Made by a program: the position numbers and the translations under genes. DNA of 58,973 nucleotides, filler included, from Sphacelaria rigidula (taxonomy: Eukaryota): NCBI GenBank assembly GCA_964200075.2. It is 7 parts of 7 records of this genome, joined end to end, with 100 filler letters (N's around TTAATTAATTAA, not from the genome) between each part and the next. Parts side by side here need not be neighbours in the genome. Positions count along the whole stretch, not along the records: positions 8,441 to 16,779 come from CAXNAA020011464.1; positions 16,880 to 25,218 come from CAXNAA020011465.1; 5 more parts are not named here. One strand, 5' to 3'. How positions within the stretch are numbered: the first letter of the stretch is position 1; every line of letters begins with the position of its first letter. Under the pieces are notes generated by a model. The model ran no database searches and was not told where the DNA came from. It saw only the letters and a program-made list of their open reading frames with translations. Below are positions 13,229-25,177 of the stretch, piece after piece.

Positions 13229-13330
13229 TCTCCCCCCCCCTGCCCCGGTTGCTCCGTCTCGAAAGGGATGCGTGGTCAATGGTCAAACGACTAAGGCAAG
13301 TAACAAATGAGTACCCCCCCCCCCCCCCTC
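13229..13330 (+). repeat. Short (~75-bp core) C-tract-flanked interspersed repeat
   Basis: Core TGCTCCGTCTCGAAAGGGATGCGTGGTCAATGGTCAAACGACTAAGGCAAG...ATGAGTAC. Other copies at ~285-385, 24325-24420(-), 25319-25390, 33758-33782(-), 49921-49995, 50636-50722 and 58917-58973(-). Confidence 0.85.
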
Positions 13331-14329
13331 CCCCCTGCCCCGGTGCCCAGTAACACTGTTTGGCTACTCTTGCTGTGGTGCCAAACTTCAGCTTGTACCC
13401 ACAGCTGCTGTGCATCGTTCCTACTCGCTTCGGCCAAAATGGCGTTCGAAGGAGGGGTAGCCCCGGACGGGTGAAATATTTGTATGCGTACCCATCGGGT
13501 TAGGTGGAACCTAGTCCCTAGATCGATGCTACAGAGGCGGCGGCAGCGGCGGCGGCAGCTGAGCATGGAATATGTATACTGCTGGTTGCGCCTGGCTTAG
13601 GATGAACAGTGTCAACGGAGAGCCAGTTACTGGAAGTATCCGCTGAAGAAAAATGGAGAAAAGATCGGTTGTGCAAACCGTTGATGAGGAGTACTAAGCA
13701 AATTCATTTGCGGCGCTTCAGCGGCGTTTTATTGCGAAGGCGCAAAAATACGGCTGTTATCGTCGTTGCGTAAAAAACTGCTCCAGTGGCGGACGCACAA
13801 AAGATTGATGCTGCTGAGGAGGTGCGGCGACCTTCTACCGCGTGGGAGGGTGCGTCAACCTGCTGCTGCATGGAAAGGTGCCTGCACGGGAGGCTGTTGG
13901 ACGGATCCCGCCGGGTAGAAGGGATGGGCTCGAGGGTTCAAGGGGTTTCCACTCATTTTTCATCGATCTGGGGTTAACTATGTGATAACCGACACGTCAA
14001 ACCTGCACGCACGTGTCGCATAGATGTAAAAACACCGATTGAACTAATTATGGATTATTCATTGCAGTGTATTACAATCTCCATGATTCGAGAGTCACGA
14101 GGGCGGTGTCTGGAAGAAACATTGTCAGTCATCAACGGCGTGAGAAACGATGGAACCAGTAATATGAATAGCAGCGCTTCACCAGTATAATGATAGCGAA
14201 CAAAACAAATAAAGGGGGAGGAAAACGAAGGGAACAGCAATATAATCGGACAAAACAGGTTCACGCGTGTGCATTTGGCCAGGGTATCACGTGTCGGGGA
14301 CAGCCAGGTATAAATTCATGGACTCCCAA

Positions 14330-14570
14330 GGGAATTCTGACTCCATGTCAACCTGTTCGGACAGCATGGGAAACTCCTGGCCCCTTGTCAACCTGTTCGG
14401 ACAGCATGGGAATTCTGACTCCATGTCAACCTGTTCGGACAGCATGGGAAAATCCTGGCCCCTTGTCAACCTGTTCGGACAGCATGGGAATTCCTGGATG
14501 CCTGTTAACCTGTTCGCACGCGCAAGGGAAACTCCTGGCCCCCTGTCAACCTGTTCGAAAACACATGGTC
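14330..14570. repeat. Minisatellite, six 38-40-bp units in A/B alternation
   Basis: Core TGTCAACCTGTTCGGACAGCATGGGA alternates with linkers ATTCTGACTCCA and AACTCCTGGCCCCT. Confidence 0.9.
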
Positions 14571-14879
14571 TTGACATCTTGAGCCTTCGTCCTCGCCCAT
14601 TTTCCTGTATGCAATGAAATCCTGCTTGTTCGCTGTACGGTGCAAGCATATATATATATATATATATATATATGCTTTGTACAACTTTCTCGTTCATCCA
14701 TTCGATGTCCGGCTTGTATGTTAGCAACTTGCATAGTCTCCGCGGTAAACACACGAGTCGTTCATGACAAGCCCACAGCAGTTTCATCAGATTATTTCCG
14801 GTATAAATCTCGGCAAAGGAATGTGTGGTGTGTGGAACCCCTGGACTCTCAAGACCAGAAGAATGTAGCCCTGCCCCCG

Positions 14880-15037
14880 GGACGGTCATAGGGCGCATAG
14901 GTAGACGGTCATCTTCGAATTGATTGTCGGAGCACGCGCATGAAGACGATCATCTTCGAACGGACTGTCAGAGCGTGCACGAGTAGACGGTCATCTTCGA
15001 ATTGATTGTCGGAGCGTGCACGAGTATAAACGGTCAA
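14880..15037. repeat. Minisatellite, ~41-bp unit x3
   Basis: GACGGTCATCTTCGAATTGATTGTCGGAGC...GCAC repeated. Confidence 0.85.
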
Positions 15038-16970
15038 TGGGAACTGACGGAGCATCCGTCTGGTGGCCTCATGTAAACACAGTAGCATGCAGCTTCACTC
15101 ATAGCCGCTCAATCGTTGTGGATCTGGGTTGAATATCACACTCATAAGTAGCTACATAAAATTGGCAGGGGAGCACCAACAATAATTGTCGACGAGCAAC
15201 TGTTGCAGGCTTCATGCAGTCCTGTGATCCACCGCTGCGGGTAATATTAATCAAATAATGGTATGTTCAGCAGTGCACCTGGAAACACCCACCCACGTAT
15301 TTACAGTCGAAATGTAAGCTGGAAGCACATGGTTGGGTTTGATCTCTTAGAATCGAAACAACTTCACATGACTGTCCATTTGTTTTACGCATGCATGGCT
15401 CGTTTATACTCTTTGAAGATATCTACCAAGGGCACAAAAGATCAAACAAGGGGAACCACGTAGAGGTTACATCCATTTTCTATGACAATAAAGCATTTCG
15501 AGCATTACTGATTTGCCCCCCCTGACCAGGGGGTAGGGTAAGTACCTCATGTTTCGTTCATTCAAGCTTCGCAATTTCTGTTCACGGCTAATCGACTTAC
15601 ATAGTACATAGTACTGTGCCTGGTAGCATGTATGCGGACAGTATGACATTACGGTTACACAGACAGTTTTCACGCATTAGCGGACGGCACCGTAACAATG
15701 TCATCCTCTATCAGTTGCATACACCGTCATGTACGAGATGTGGTTATTAGGTGGCCTTCGTTCCTAATAACATGCTCTATCCATCATTAATATTTGCAGA
15801 TGACATCTCGGGATTCCCTTTCATCTCTTTCACATGCGAGAGCAGTTCATTTACTTACGTCTACTGGTTCAATACTGCGGTCAAAAGTTTCACTCGTGCA
15901 GCACGATCACTACTACAATACACGTGTCCTTACAGTCTATATACTCGAATTAACGGTACATGGCAGAAGTGATCCGGGCATCTTCCGCGGGCATAGTCTG
16001 ACATTCGATGTTCGATGGTGATTCGCTACGGTTTGCCCCCACAGACAGTAAAAGCACATTACTCATGAACTGCTAGCTGAGTACACACTTGGGTGTGTTA
16101 TGGAGGAGATACTGCAGGCCATATACAATCAGCACAGTCATTTTGTACGGCCATCCTGAAACAGCATCACAAAAAATAAAACGGTAGCATGCGGTGAAAC
16201 CCAAGGGTATTAATCGCAACTCAATGTGCGGAGACACAAGCGATTTTTAATCCAGCGGGTCTTGTCGAGTTTGAGTATGTGTAGAGCAGCATAGCGTACC
16301 GAGGTTCCATTTCAGTCAGCTGTGTGAAACTCCAAAAATCATAGCGTATAGCAACAGCGGCGTCAGTTATGAACAAGTCTAACGTTAGTCCGTTTCGCGG
16401 CAAACGCCGATAGATTATACTCGAATTAGTAGGAATTCAACTGATATTCAATGTCAACCTCGTCTGTATACACCATCCCGTTTCTGGTGTGCAAACGTGA
16501 TGAAAATTCCCATGTGGTAAAGACAGTAAGCACAAGCTTGATGGGTGAAGACGGCATAGTGTTGTGTTGCTCTTTTCAGCTGCGTCACACAACAGGAAGC
16601 ACACAGCAGCTGTTGCATGGAAATATTTAGTAAAGCAGTCTAGAGAGTCATGAAATTCTAGCATCCACCGTGACTCTACTCATTCAGGTCTACACGACAA
16701 GATTTGACCTGTAGCCAAAATACACCAAGGCGTATTAGATGTAGCATGTAGGATCCTGGATGATGACCAGGGGACAAGGNNNNNNNNNNNNNNNNNNNNN
16801 NNNNNNNNNNNNNNNNNNNNNNNTTAATTAATTAANNNNNNNNNNNNNNNNNNNNNNNNNNNNNNNNNNNNNNNNNNNNCTGATTCACATTCGCCAGTTT
16901 GTGTCGGCTTCTGCCGTCAACGTTTCCTGTTTTTTTTTTTTTTTTTTGGGGGGGGGGGGGGGGGGCTTAC

Positions 16971-19205
16971 CTGCTAATATACATGTTGATGGGTCGGTCC
17001 GGGTCCTCCGATTCGAGGAAGAGGAGCTGTGCCGTCACGAGAGACGCCATTTGCTCCGTGATTGGCCCATGCATGAAGATAATCCGTTCCTGCCAAGATT
17101 GGGTGGTATGCACGGAAGCGCAAGGTAGAGCGCAAAATGTCGACTTCATCACCAGTTCTTCTCACGAATAAAGCTCGCCTTGACACCTACATGCGACTCG
17201 GCTTGTGTCGAGTCAACACATGGAGAGGTCTAGAGATGTGCTTCGTGGCACAGAAACGCTGAGGAGCGGATAGTGGTTTGGGGCGGCTTTATTCTGAAAA
17301 CAAAATGCGGGATACAGAAGATGGCGTACATCCAGATATCCGGAGCATAAAATGACCGATGGATGGCGGCTAGGATGAAGGGAGGATACCGTATGACGCT
17401 CCCTGAAATGAACGTGCGCGCTTTGATTGGTGTTGCAGAACCTTGGATCGATCAAGTTTCATGTACATGATTAGCTAGTGCAGCCCCCCTGACCTACCGA
17501 GCTACCAATGCTCCAGAGGCCTGCAAAAAAACAAGAGCGGTTTGTTCCGCGAGGGAAAGAAAAAACCAAAGGCCCAAGTTCAAACAGCTACATCGAACAA
17601 TCGGAACTATATCAGACCAAAAACACAACGCTAGCGATGATTCGTTCCGTTGCGAGCAGGATGACGCTTTTCTGTCTCCCCCTGCAAAGATGTAGCTCGC
17701 GAATCACGAGATATAGCTCACGACAACGACTCTATGATAGTCAACCTTCCTGTTTTCTCATGTAATTGGGAACCGATGATACTCCTCAGCCGCCGATCAA
17801 GGGCCCTTGATGAACATGAGAGTTTCAAATCGCTTTTGCTTGAGTCTTCTTCCGACGCTGAGTCCTTCACTAGGCCAATCTTCCGAACACACTCTGAGGG
17901 ATCTAATGGTGCCGGAATAGCTGGGGCGCTACGAGCAACATGCGCAACGAGTCGGTGTTAGCATGCATTTTTCGCCCAACACTTGAGCGTTACCTCATCT
18001 GACTAGAACTAGCTGGTGGCAGTGCCTACACGACTATCCCTCCCGTTGGCCGAGAAAAGGCTAGCCTGCAGGCTAACAGACGGCAGTTTCTCCGGATGGG
18101 GAGTTGGCCTCGTGCCGGGCGTATAACGAACTACCGATGGCACACCTTGTCCGGAGGATAAACGGACTTCTCTGCTGGATATTTTCTTGTTTCGGAGTGG
18201 ATTCAGAGTCGGCTCATTCAGAGCAGATATCCAAAAAAAAGGGAGCGGAGTACGTCGATTATACATAGTCAAACTCAGTCAGCTGAATACCAACAGTAAT
18301 TGCCAGCTTGCAGGCGCTCTCTCGAATGCTTGGCGTGATCGGTATGTGTGTCTGGGTGTTTCCGGTCATGGGATCTCTCGTGTACGCAGTGCGCGATGAT
18401 CACTGCACCGAGGCGGGTTTTCTACTGACAGCAATGTCATAGATTACCTCTATATGAAGAGACCCGCTAACTAATAACCCCGGGGATATCAAGCCGGACG
18501 GTCATCCTAGGTCTGTCACCCTGGGGCCCTCATTCTCCAATCCCCAGTCTGGGCTAGTCATAATGCTCCCTTGGAGGCGCCCCCTCACGGCGCCCCCATC
18601 TTACACTTTGCTATCCAACCCCAAGCCTTGCCTTGCAGAGTTCGTCCTGTCCAAGTCCACGTCGCGTACCTATACGCCCCGTTCCTTTACACCGAGTGAG
18701 AAGCTACAACCTACGCACACCCTCTATCCCGGGTTAGATAAGTCACGCCTGCCGTTCACAGGCCTGTCTTACAGTTGCGTTGCGTTGACGGCAGTAGTTG
18801 ATGTCAGGGGTAACACAGTCACTTCAACCACTACACTGTTATGCTGTTGTACGATACGGAACTGCAGCACCGCTGTACTGTTGTTCTGCAGTTGAGGCAT
18901 TTGCATGTTTGGACTCTGCTGCAACCTTGAGCAGTGAGATGAGAAGCGCAGCGTAAATCATAGCACAAGGCACATTGATGGCACAGACACATGCTTCTTA
19001 CCCTGAGAAGCCTTGAGTAGATGTCGTAAGCTCGCTCTCCCCTAGGGGTGGACTCAAGGACCATAGGCAGGTAATTCCGCACCGGCGATGTGCTTTTGTA
19101 CGCTAGCGTCCTCTTTCCTCGCCCAGTAACTCGCTCTGCTAGTGTCGCAGGGGAATGCGCCACCACGGCCGAGGCCGGTAGTCGATTTAAAGTTCGCAGC
19201 AGCAT
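16971..19205 (-). CDS. clpP: ATP-dependent Clp protease proteolytic subunit, probably mitochondrial; 5' two exons, truncated by contig end
   Basis: Exon 1, 19002-19205: Arg-rich presequence then [23 protein letters not shown]|gtaag. Exon 2, 16971-17089: [39 protein letters not shown]|gtaag. Phases agree. Confidence 0.95.
17800..17960 (-). mobile_element. hAT transposase C-terminal dimerisation-domain remnant in the ClpP intron
   Basis: [27 protein letters not shown] then, after a frameshift, [16 protein letters not shown]; resembles the hAT pattern LAR..LAIPATSA.SER.FS.AG....R.RL....E.L.F.K. Confidence 0.55.
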
Positions 19206-19642
19206 TCGAGCCCAGCGTCTGTAGTACCTGCTCTGCTGGTATCTGATCGTTGAATGAGATGGGTGTGGATCGGTTAATCTTGTTTTCCATCTTCACATTA
19301 AACGTATACATGTTACTCAGACCCGCAACAGCAGCAGGGCAAGAGTTCGGCCCGGAGTTGTGTGGGTACTCTTGGATGACGATGCGTATCACCCCCGTGT
19401 GATGAGCTTACAGAATTGGCTTTCTCTCTTGAGGTTCTAGTACTGCCGACATATACGATTTGACAAAAATATCAGGCACATATTTCCAATGACACACCGC
19501 GTAGGGGAGTGACCACCATCGAACATTTATTCAATCAAAATATTAATCGAGGTTGGAAAAAAAACGTATTTGTACTCGGGTTCAATGACACAAGTCATAT
19601 CAATAAGATCATACATAGTACATCATACGACCGGGAACACCC

Positions 19643-20644
19643 ATGCTTGAGATCATTTTCGCCACTGTCCTGCTTATGAGGGGCTTCACGAAGTCTGAAA
19701 CCAGCCTTGTCATGCGCTGTATGGCCATTTGCTTCGTGACAGTTTTTGGACTTGTTCCGGGGGAGGCTATCGCATCGCTCAGACCAGGTTCCCCCCCCAC
19801 ACTCCCTCCCGTCCGTTCGTCGAAAATTCTTGTTGATGACGAAAAACTTCAACGAACCCGAAGCGAGTGTTTCCTTCATGAGGAGGTATTTGTTACGTTA
19901 GACGAAGATGTTAGTACAGTAACGTCGCCATGTGTTATGACCGGGGGTATTCTGACAGATTTGGGATTTTTGGGGGGTAACAGATGAAATCACCACGCTT
20001 AATGAGGCAGCCACACCAGAACCATAACCGACCGCTATTTGTTGGCAATATCGTCTGCATTTCCATTAAGGACTTCAGCCTGTAGCCCAACTTGACTCGC
20101 TGTCCACTTGGCGTTGACCAACCATTTACCACGTGACGAGTGATAATCTTTCGCTGACGTTTCACCATCTCTGTCCGCTGCGTGGCTGTCCAATTCTGTA
20201 CCTCTCATTTTTTCTCCCGCCTTTTTTTCCGCCGCAGCAAGGATAGCCGGGCGCGACATCTTCAACGCCACACTTCGATGGATTCTGCGGTATCCGCCCC
20301 CTTACAGGAAGCCAGAGACGAAGCCTCAGCCTCGCATACTTCGTACCCCCGCTCGGGTGAAGCTGAGTAGATGAACGAATACGACCAGCGTACGGCTCAA
20401 CAGATTATGTTCGCGTGTGTATGTTCTACATCTGGGAATAGAACGGTAGTTGTTACCACCCAAATCATTTGGACGCGTGTCGACTTATCACGAGCTAGTC
20501 GACCAGATGCATGGTATATACCCGTTGTCGGTGTTTTGGCAGCACAAGTTGGATGACGGCGGCTACTCGTCACTCTGTACATCTGCGAACAATCAAGGGA
20601 TCATGTTTCGAACTGGTTACGCGATCAATCGTACAGTAATCTAA
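19643..20644 (+). CDS. Hypothetical three-exon protein with hydrophobic N-terminus (possibly secreted)
   Basis: Exons 19643 (or ATG 19712)-19976, 20238-20356 and 20507-20644 have GT/AG ends and compatible phases (1, 0). Long polypyrimidine tract before 20238. No family recognised. Confidence 0.45.
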
Positions 20645-21045
20645 CCCACGGCAATGAAAGCGTACCGGGAGAAACTCACGGGCTGACCTTGGGCTGGCTC
20701 TGGCTGGTGCGGTATTAACTTCCACAGGGACACAACAGCAGTGAAACAAATGATTTCCAACCCGAACCACGCTTGAACACAAAACTGATAAACAGTTCCC
20801 ACCGCTCACCACCGCAACTCATTACAAGTGACGGGAGAAAGCACTATTTAATAGTAGGGGCAGACATGAACAGGAATACACCCCAGTCTCGTCTTGTGTC
20901 TGACATTTGTTTCCGTCTGCCGCACTCTCCACCATAATAACAGCAGCACGTTTCCGGCTGAGAAATAGCAACATGTCCCTGAAAAGCCACCTCACAGCGC
21001 TAACCTGTTTAGCAAACTAGCAGTGCTCTATCCAGCGTGCCCGTG

Positions 21046-22935
21046 CTATTGTGACACGTACGGTGCTAGAGCCTCTATTACTGCGGTTTGTTCGGGTTCC
21101 GTGGCGAAACGGTGCGTGGCACCCTCCACAACTACGAGCTCATGCTGGGCGATGACCTTGGCGAACTCGTGGGCATCCGCTACTGGAATCGTCTCGTCTT
21201 CGGTGCCGTGTATTGTTAAAACTTTGGAACGCCTTTCAAGAACGAGAGGCGGTGAATTACGACGGGAAAAAAAACGGTACGAGGGCAAACATGAAGCCGG
21301 TGCACAGCACAACGATGTGGGCATTTTCAACTTACCCAAGGGTGCCCCACAAAAAAAAGTACGACAAAACAGCACACAGACGATAAACATCCAACATCAA
21401 CACACAAAGCAGTGTTGGGGTCTAACCGGACCGTAGATTGGCGGTTGTGGTGAAAGCAAGTGCAGCACAAGTGGGTATCGCACGATCCCAGTCCTGCAGA
21501 TAAATCATGAACATTTACAAAGAAAAAAGGCACCAACTTTCAACGTGAAACCATCACAGCAGGTGACCAACGCAAATTTTATCAGCACAAATTAAGGTCG
21601 TCCTTTTAGTCTCCAACACTATTGTGCATCGCAAGTACTCGGTACGCCGATACTGCAGCTATGTTTTGGAGCATTGATCGATCAGAGCGACGGGTACCCA
21701 CTTTATAGCTGACGCTGTCCGCTTCATATCCAAAGCCGCTCGCTCCTCAAAATCAGTGCGCGTTATAGGCAACTCCTTCGCCTGTGAAGGACGAAACCGC
21801 CCGCCGAATGTTTTGACGGCACGTGTGAGCATGACTTGAGTGGACGCTTCTTTACTTGCCCGTTCGAGACGTAGTGAGTTCGGCTCAGCTAGACAGAGCA
21901 ACGTATGTGCTTCGGATCAATTATCACCCATAACGACGTTAAGGGGTAGGTACGATAGTAACTTAACACACCAGGGTTCAAATCACAATCTCGCAGAGAA
22001 ATAGGCTGATGAAGTTACAGCAAGGTTTGCGCGAGAAGCTGACACGTGTACAATATTGCATCAAACGTCCAAGGCCCCCCGCCCCGCCCCCTCCCCCCCC
22101 CGTCCTCCCTCCACCCAGAGGTGTGGAATTGTTTGACATTTGAGCAAAGCAGTGGTGCTTGTAGGTTGTTCATGCTATGGCTACTGTACTTGTCTGAAGC
22201 CATGTCGTGTTCTCTACAGAGCAATGCCAAACTGCACTGCCCGTGTTGAAGGACCGTGATCCCCGCGGTGCGCCATGTCTGTCATGTGCAAACTGGGGCG
22301 GGCGCTGTCGTACTCAGTCTCTCGGGGTCGCACTACTGGTTACCACGCCTGAACACTCTACACATAATCTATTTCACCTCTGAGGTTACGTCAGAATGAG
22401 TACTTCAGCGTGATTGGCTCGACTAGGCAAGGACATCCATATATCCACGCTCGGAACTGTCAGACCTACCATAATCCCAAGGTTCCCCGGTGGTAGTGTG
22501 CATCCCACAAGACCACATAGCTATGTGAGCGTGTCTCGAATTAAATGAGTTTCAGCTTCGCAGCTGCGCATATAAATATATGGGTGTCTGTGCATTCATA
22601 ATAGACTGGCTCTTTATTGCTGGCGAGTGATGAAGCCTGCGCGGTACGCACAATCGGGGAACATGGTGTGTGCGGAAGACGATACCGACTACACACGCCC
22701 CCCCCCCCCGTCATCCCCGCGCGCCCGGCCGCGATATCGATTGATGTTGTTGACCAGTGTCCATCGCTAACCGCCAAAGAATGACACAGCCTCAACCCTA
22801 GGGGTGCTTGTTTTGTCATGGGCAACTCATGGTAAATTACGACACTCTTATTCCGCCTTTACAGAATGCGTCAAGCGGCGATTTTGTGTATACGCGACAA
22901 CCTCACCACCACCACCCACAACAAGAACAACAACA

Positions 22936-22982
<47 letters not shown>

Positions 22983-24264
22983 AAGCCATGACAAAGCGTC
23001 CCTCATACTCGCACCTTCACGTTCCACAAGAAGGATCCCGTCTCCTCGAGCTGCTGCCACTGCTCCTCCGAAAATCGAGATCGCGGTGTTGCGCTAGTGT
23101 CGAAACGCCCGCATACGTTTACCACCAGGGGCACATCGTCGAAGTTCTCGCCGTACCTGAGAACGGCAGCAGCACCTGGGTTGGGAATGTTGCGACCGGA
23201 AGGGCGGGGGGGGGGGGGTTGCAAGGAGGATAATGGAAGCACACAAGAACGGAGATGGAGACACGAACTCGCGGCGACGTGCATGCTGAACAAGCCATGT
23301 CGATGCTTATTGCAAGACAACTAAATGCTGGACAGGAAGACGATCTAATGGTATAACATCGGTGTTGAAAACCCCCGTCACATGGCAGTCGGTACCCCGG
23401 AACAGAACAGATCGACCGTAGGCGATCGTACTACTGCAGAGTTTCTGCGCGTACTCGCTGACGCACTGAACTGAAGTTGCCACGATCGGACGGCGCGCGC
23501 GAAAAAAAACTTCGCCAAGAGCTAGGAAATCAAAGTGCCCCGCGCACTATTTGCAAGAGACGGTAGTTCTCTTCCCCAGACCATCTCGCATCTTGTGTAG
23601 GGACGTTCTCGACAGGCCAAGCACGAAAACTGCTGACCGTGAATACAGTCAGCGACGTTTTCCCGGGCGATTTCCCCCCCCTTCTCACCTTTGGAATGCC
23701 CGAGTACGCAATTCACCGCCCACCCTAGCTCTCGAAGGTGCAGAACTACAGCCCTCAAATCCCCTAGCTCGCGCTGGCGGAGTCAAGGGCGGGGAGCACA
23801 TCGGAGGAGAAACAGGCGTTGAATTACTCGGGATCAAAAACGTCATCGAGGCATGGATTACATGTCTACTGAGTGACGCTTCCTTCAAGCGAGCGTTTTA
23901 TCCACGCATCGAGTGAAGAGACTGGCTCCCACGCTTCGGGGGCCCCGTTCCGTGTCCGTCGAAATAATTGACGGGAGAGTAATGGCAGCGGCACGAGCCG
24001 GCAGATTATCTCCACATCGCAATATCACATCCAAACTGTAAGGAAGCACGAACACGATGACGTTGAACAATTTTTTGGTGTTGAGAACATACGCAGCATC
24101 ACACACACACACAAACACACACACACACACACACACGGTGTACACCACGTCGAAATGTAATTGCAGGAAGGAGATAACATAGTGGAAATACCTCCTAAGC
24201 TCTTACATCATAGCCTGCGTATTTCCACTCTCCTCCAGACTGCCCGCACCCCGCGAAGTCGAAT
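21046..24264 (-). CDS. Alpha/beta-fold serine hydrolase (Hydrolase_4/esterase-like); last five exons, 5' end missing
   Basis: Exons 24207-24264 (RFDFAGCGQSGGEW), 23689-23773 (VLGHSKG nucleophile elbow), 23015-23175, 21702-21781 and 21046-21232 (TIHGTEDETIP...EGATHRF; catalytic Asp/His). All junctions GT-AG and in phase. Confidence 0.92.
22920..22984. repeat. (AAC)n/(GAC)n microsatellite
   Basis: Read directly. Other simple repeats: (TTG)n ~1050-1073, (TA)n ~14648-14673 and ~30038-30062, (TAA)n ~43168-43191. Confidence 0.95.
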
Positions 24265-24952
24265 CTATGACGGCAAAACCGACGACGATTGCACGAATTT
24301 GCACCAAGGGATATTTGGCAAGCAGGGAGGGGGGGCGTACTCATTTTTCGCTTGCCTTAGTCGTTTGACCATTGACCACGCACCCCGTTCGAGACGGAGC
24401 AGTCAGTGGCAGGGGGGGGGTGGAGGGAGGGGGAGAGGGAGGTAACGTTTCCAGTCGATTCCGCGTTAACGATGGAGTGTTGGGCCAATTAAGTGTCTCA
24501 AATTCACTGATTCACCACGAATCCACGGATAATGACAAGATGGATACAAGAGTCAAACAAATTTGAAGAGAAGGACGAAACAAATGACACGACAAAATAA
24601 ACCGGTCCATATCATACGCCTCCTCTGTTCCATAAGATGGGATCGAATTGGGGCGCAGGTCGTATCTCCCGAACGGAGGCGCTTCCTGTGCTATAGTTAG
24701 GACCATTCGGGAAGATGAAAGAGAGGAGATGTTCATGGAACAAGAAGGGAAAAAACTGAAACATCTCGGATACGAAACTTCGGCTTAAAATTAAACAAAA
24801 TTTGGTCCTAACGCAAGGGGCAGGGGGAAAAATGTATATCCTAGTCGTACACAATTGATAAACGGTGACAAAATCATGATCGCAGTGACCACGAGTATGG
24901 TGCGAGAAAAACTGACACTTAACACCGTAGCTTGTATGCTTTAGTCCACACA

Positions 24953-25177
24953 AGGAGTTCTAACGCCAGGGCCGCAGGTCTTAAAAGTAGGTCGGCGCGT
25001 GCACTGCGCCAAGCTGACAGGAGGTTTGAGTGGGTCGGACCCCCACAATGTCTTGAGCAAAGCTTGTGAACGCTCGAGGCGCCTACCCCACATGACTGCC
25101 GTGAGGCAGACTAGCTGAGCCTCCGGGTGATCGACACACGAACCCGCTTGCGGGGCACGTGTTGGGTCAGAATTCCT
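24953..25177 (+). ncRNA. Candidate structured RNA or structured mobile element of unknown family
   Basis: Closing helix AGGAGTTCTAAC/GTCAGAATTCCT; internal helices with G-U pairs; a GNRA tetraloop (CTGCC-GTGA-GGCAG) and a G(CUUG)C tetraloop. Folded by eye only. Confidence 0.35.

Noticed and set aside
13291..13566. Continuation of ClpP or another gene in contig 2
   Set aside because: No ClpP motifs (PGG, YDTM, RIMIHQP) found in contig 2, and the contigs are unlinked.
14330..14570. CRISPR array
   Set aside because: Linkers are only 12-14 nt and repeat in A/B alternation rather than being unique; no cas genes; eukaryotic context.
18015..18755. Long inverted-repeat element in the ClpP intron
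   Set aside because: Only scattered short complementary words; cannot be told from chance by eye.
24953..25177. Assignment as SRP RNA, RNase P/MRP RNA or telomerase RNA
   Set aside because: SRP helix-8 motif, RNase P/MRP CR-V and a telomeric template are not present; kept only as an unassigned structured element.
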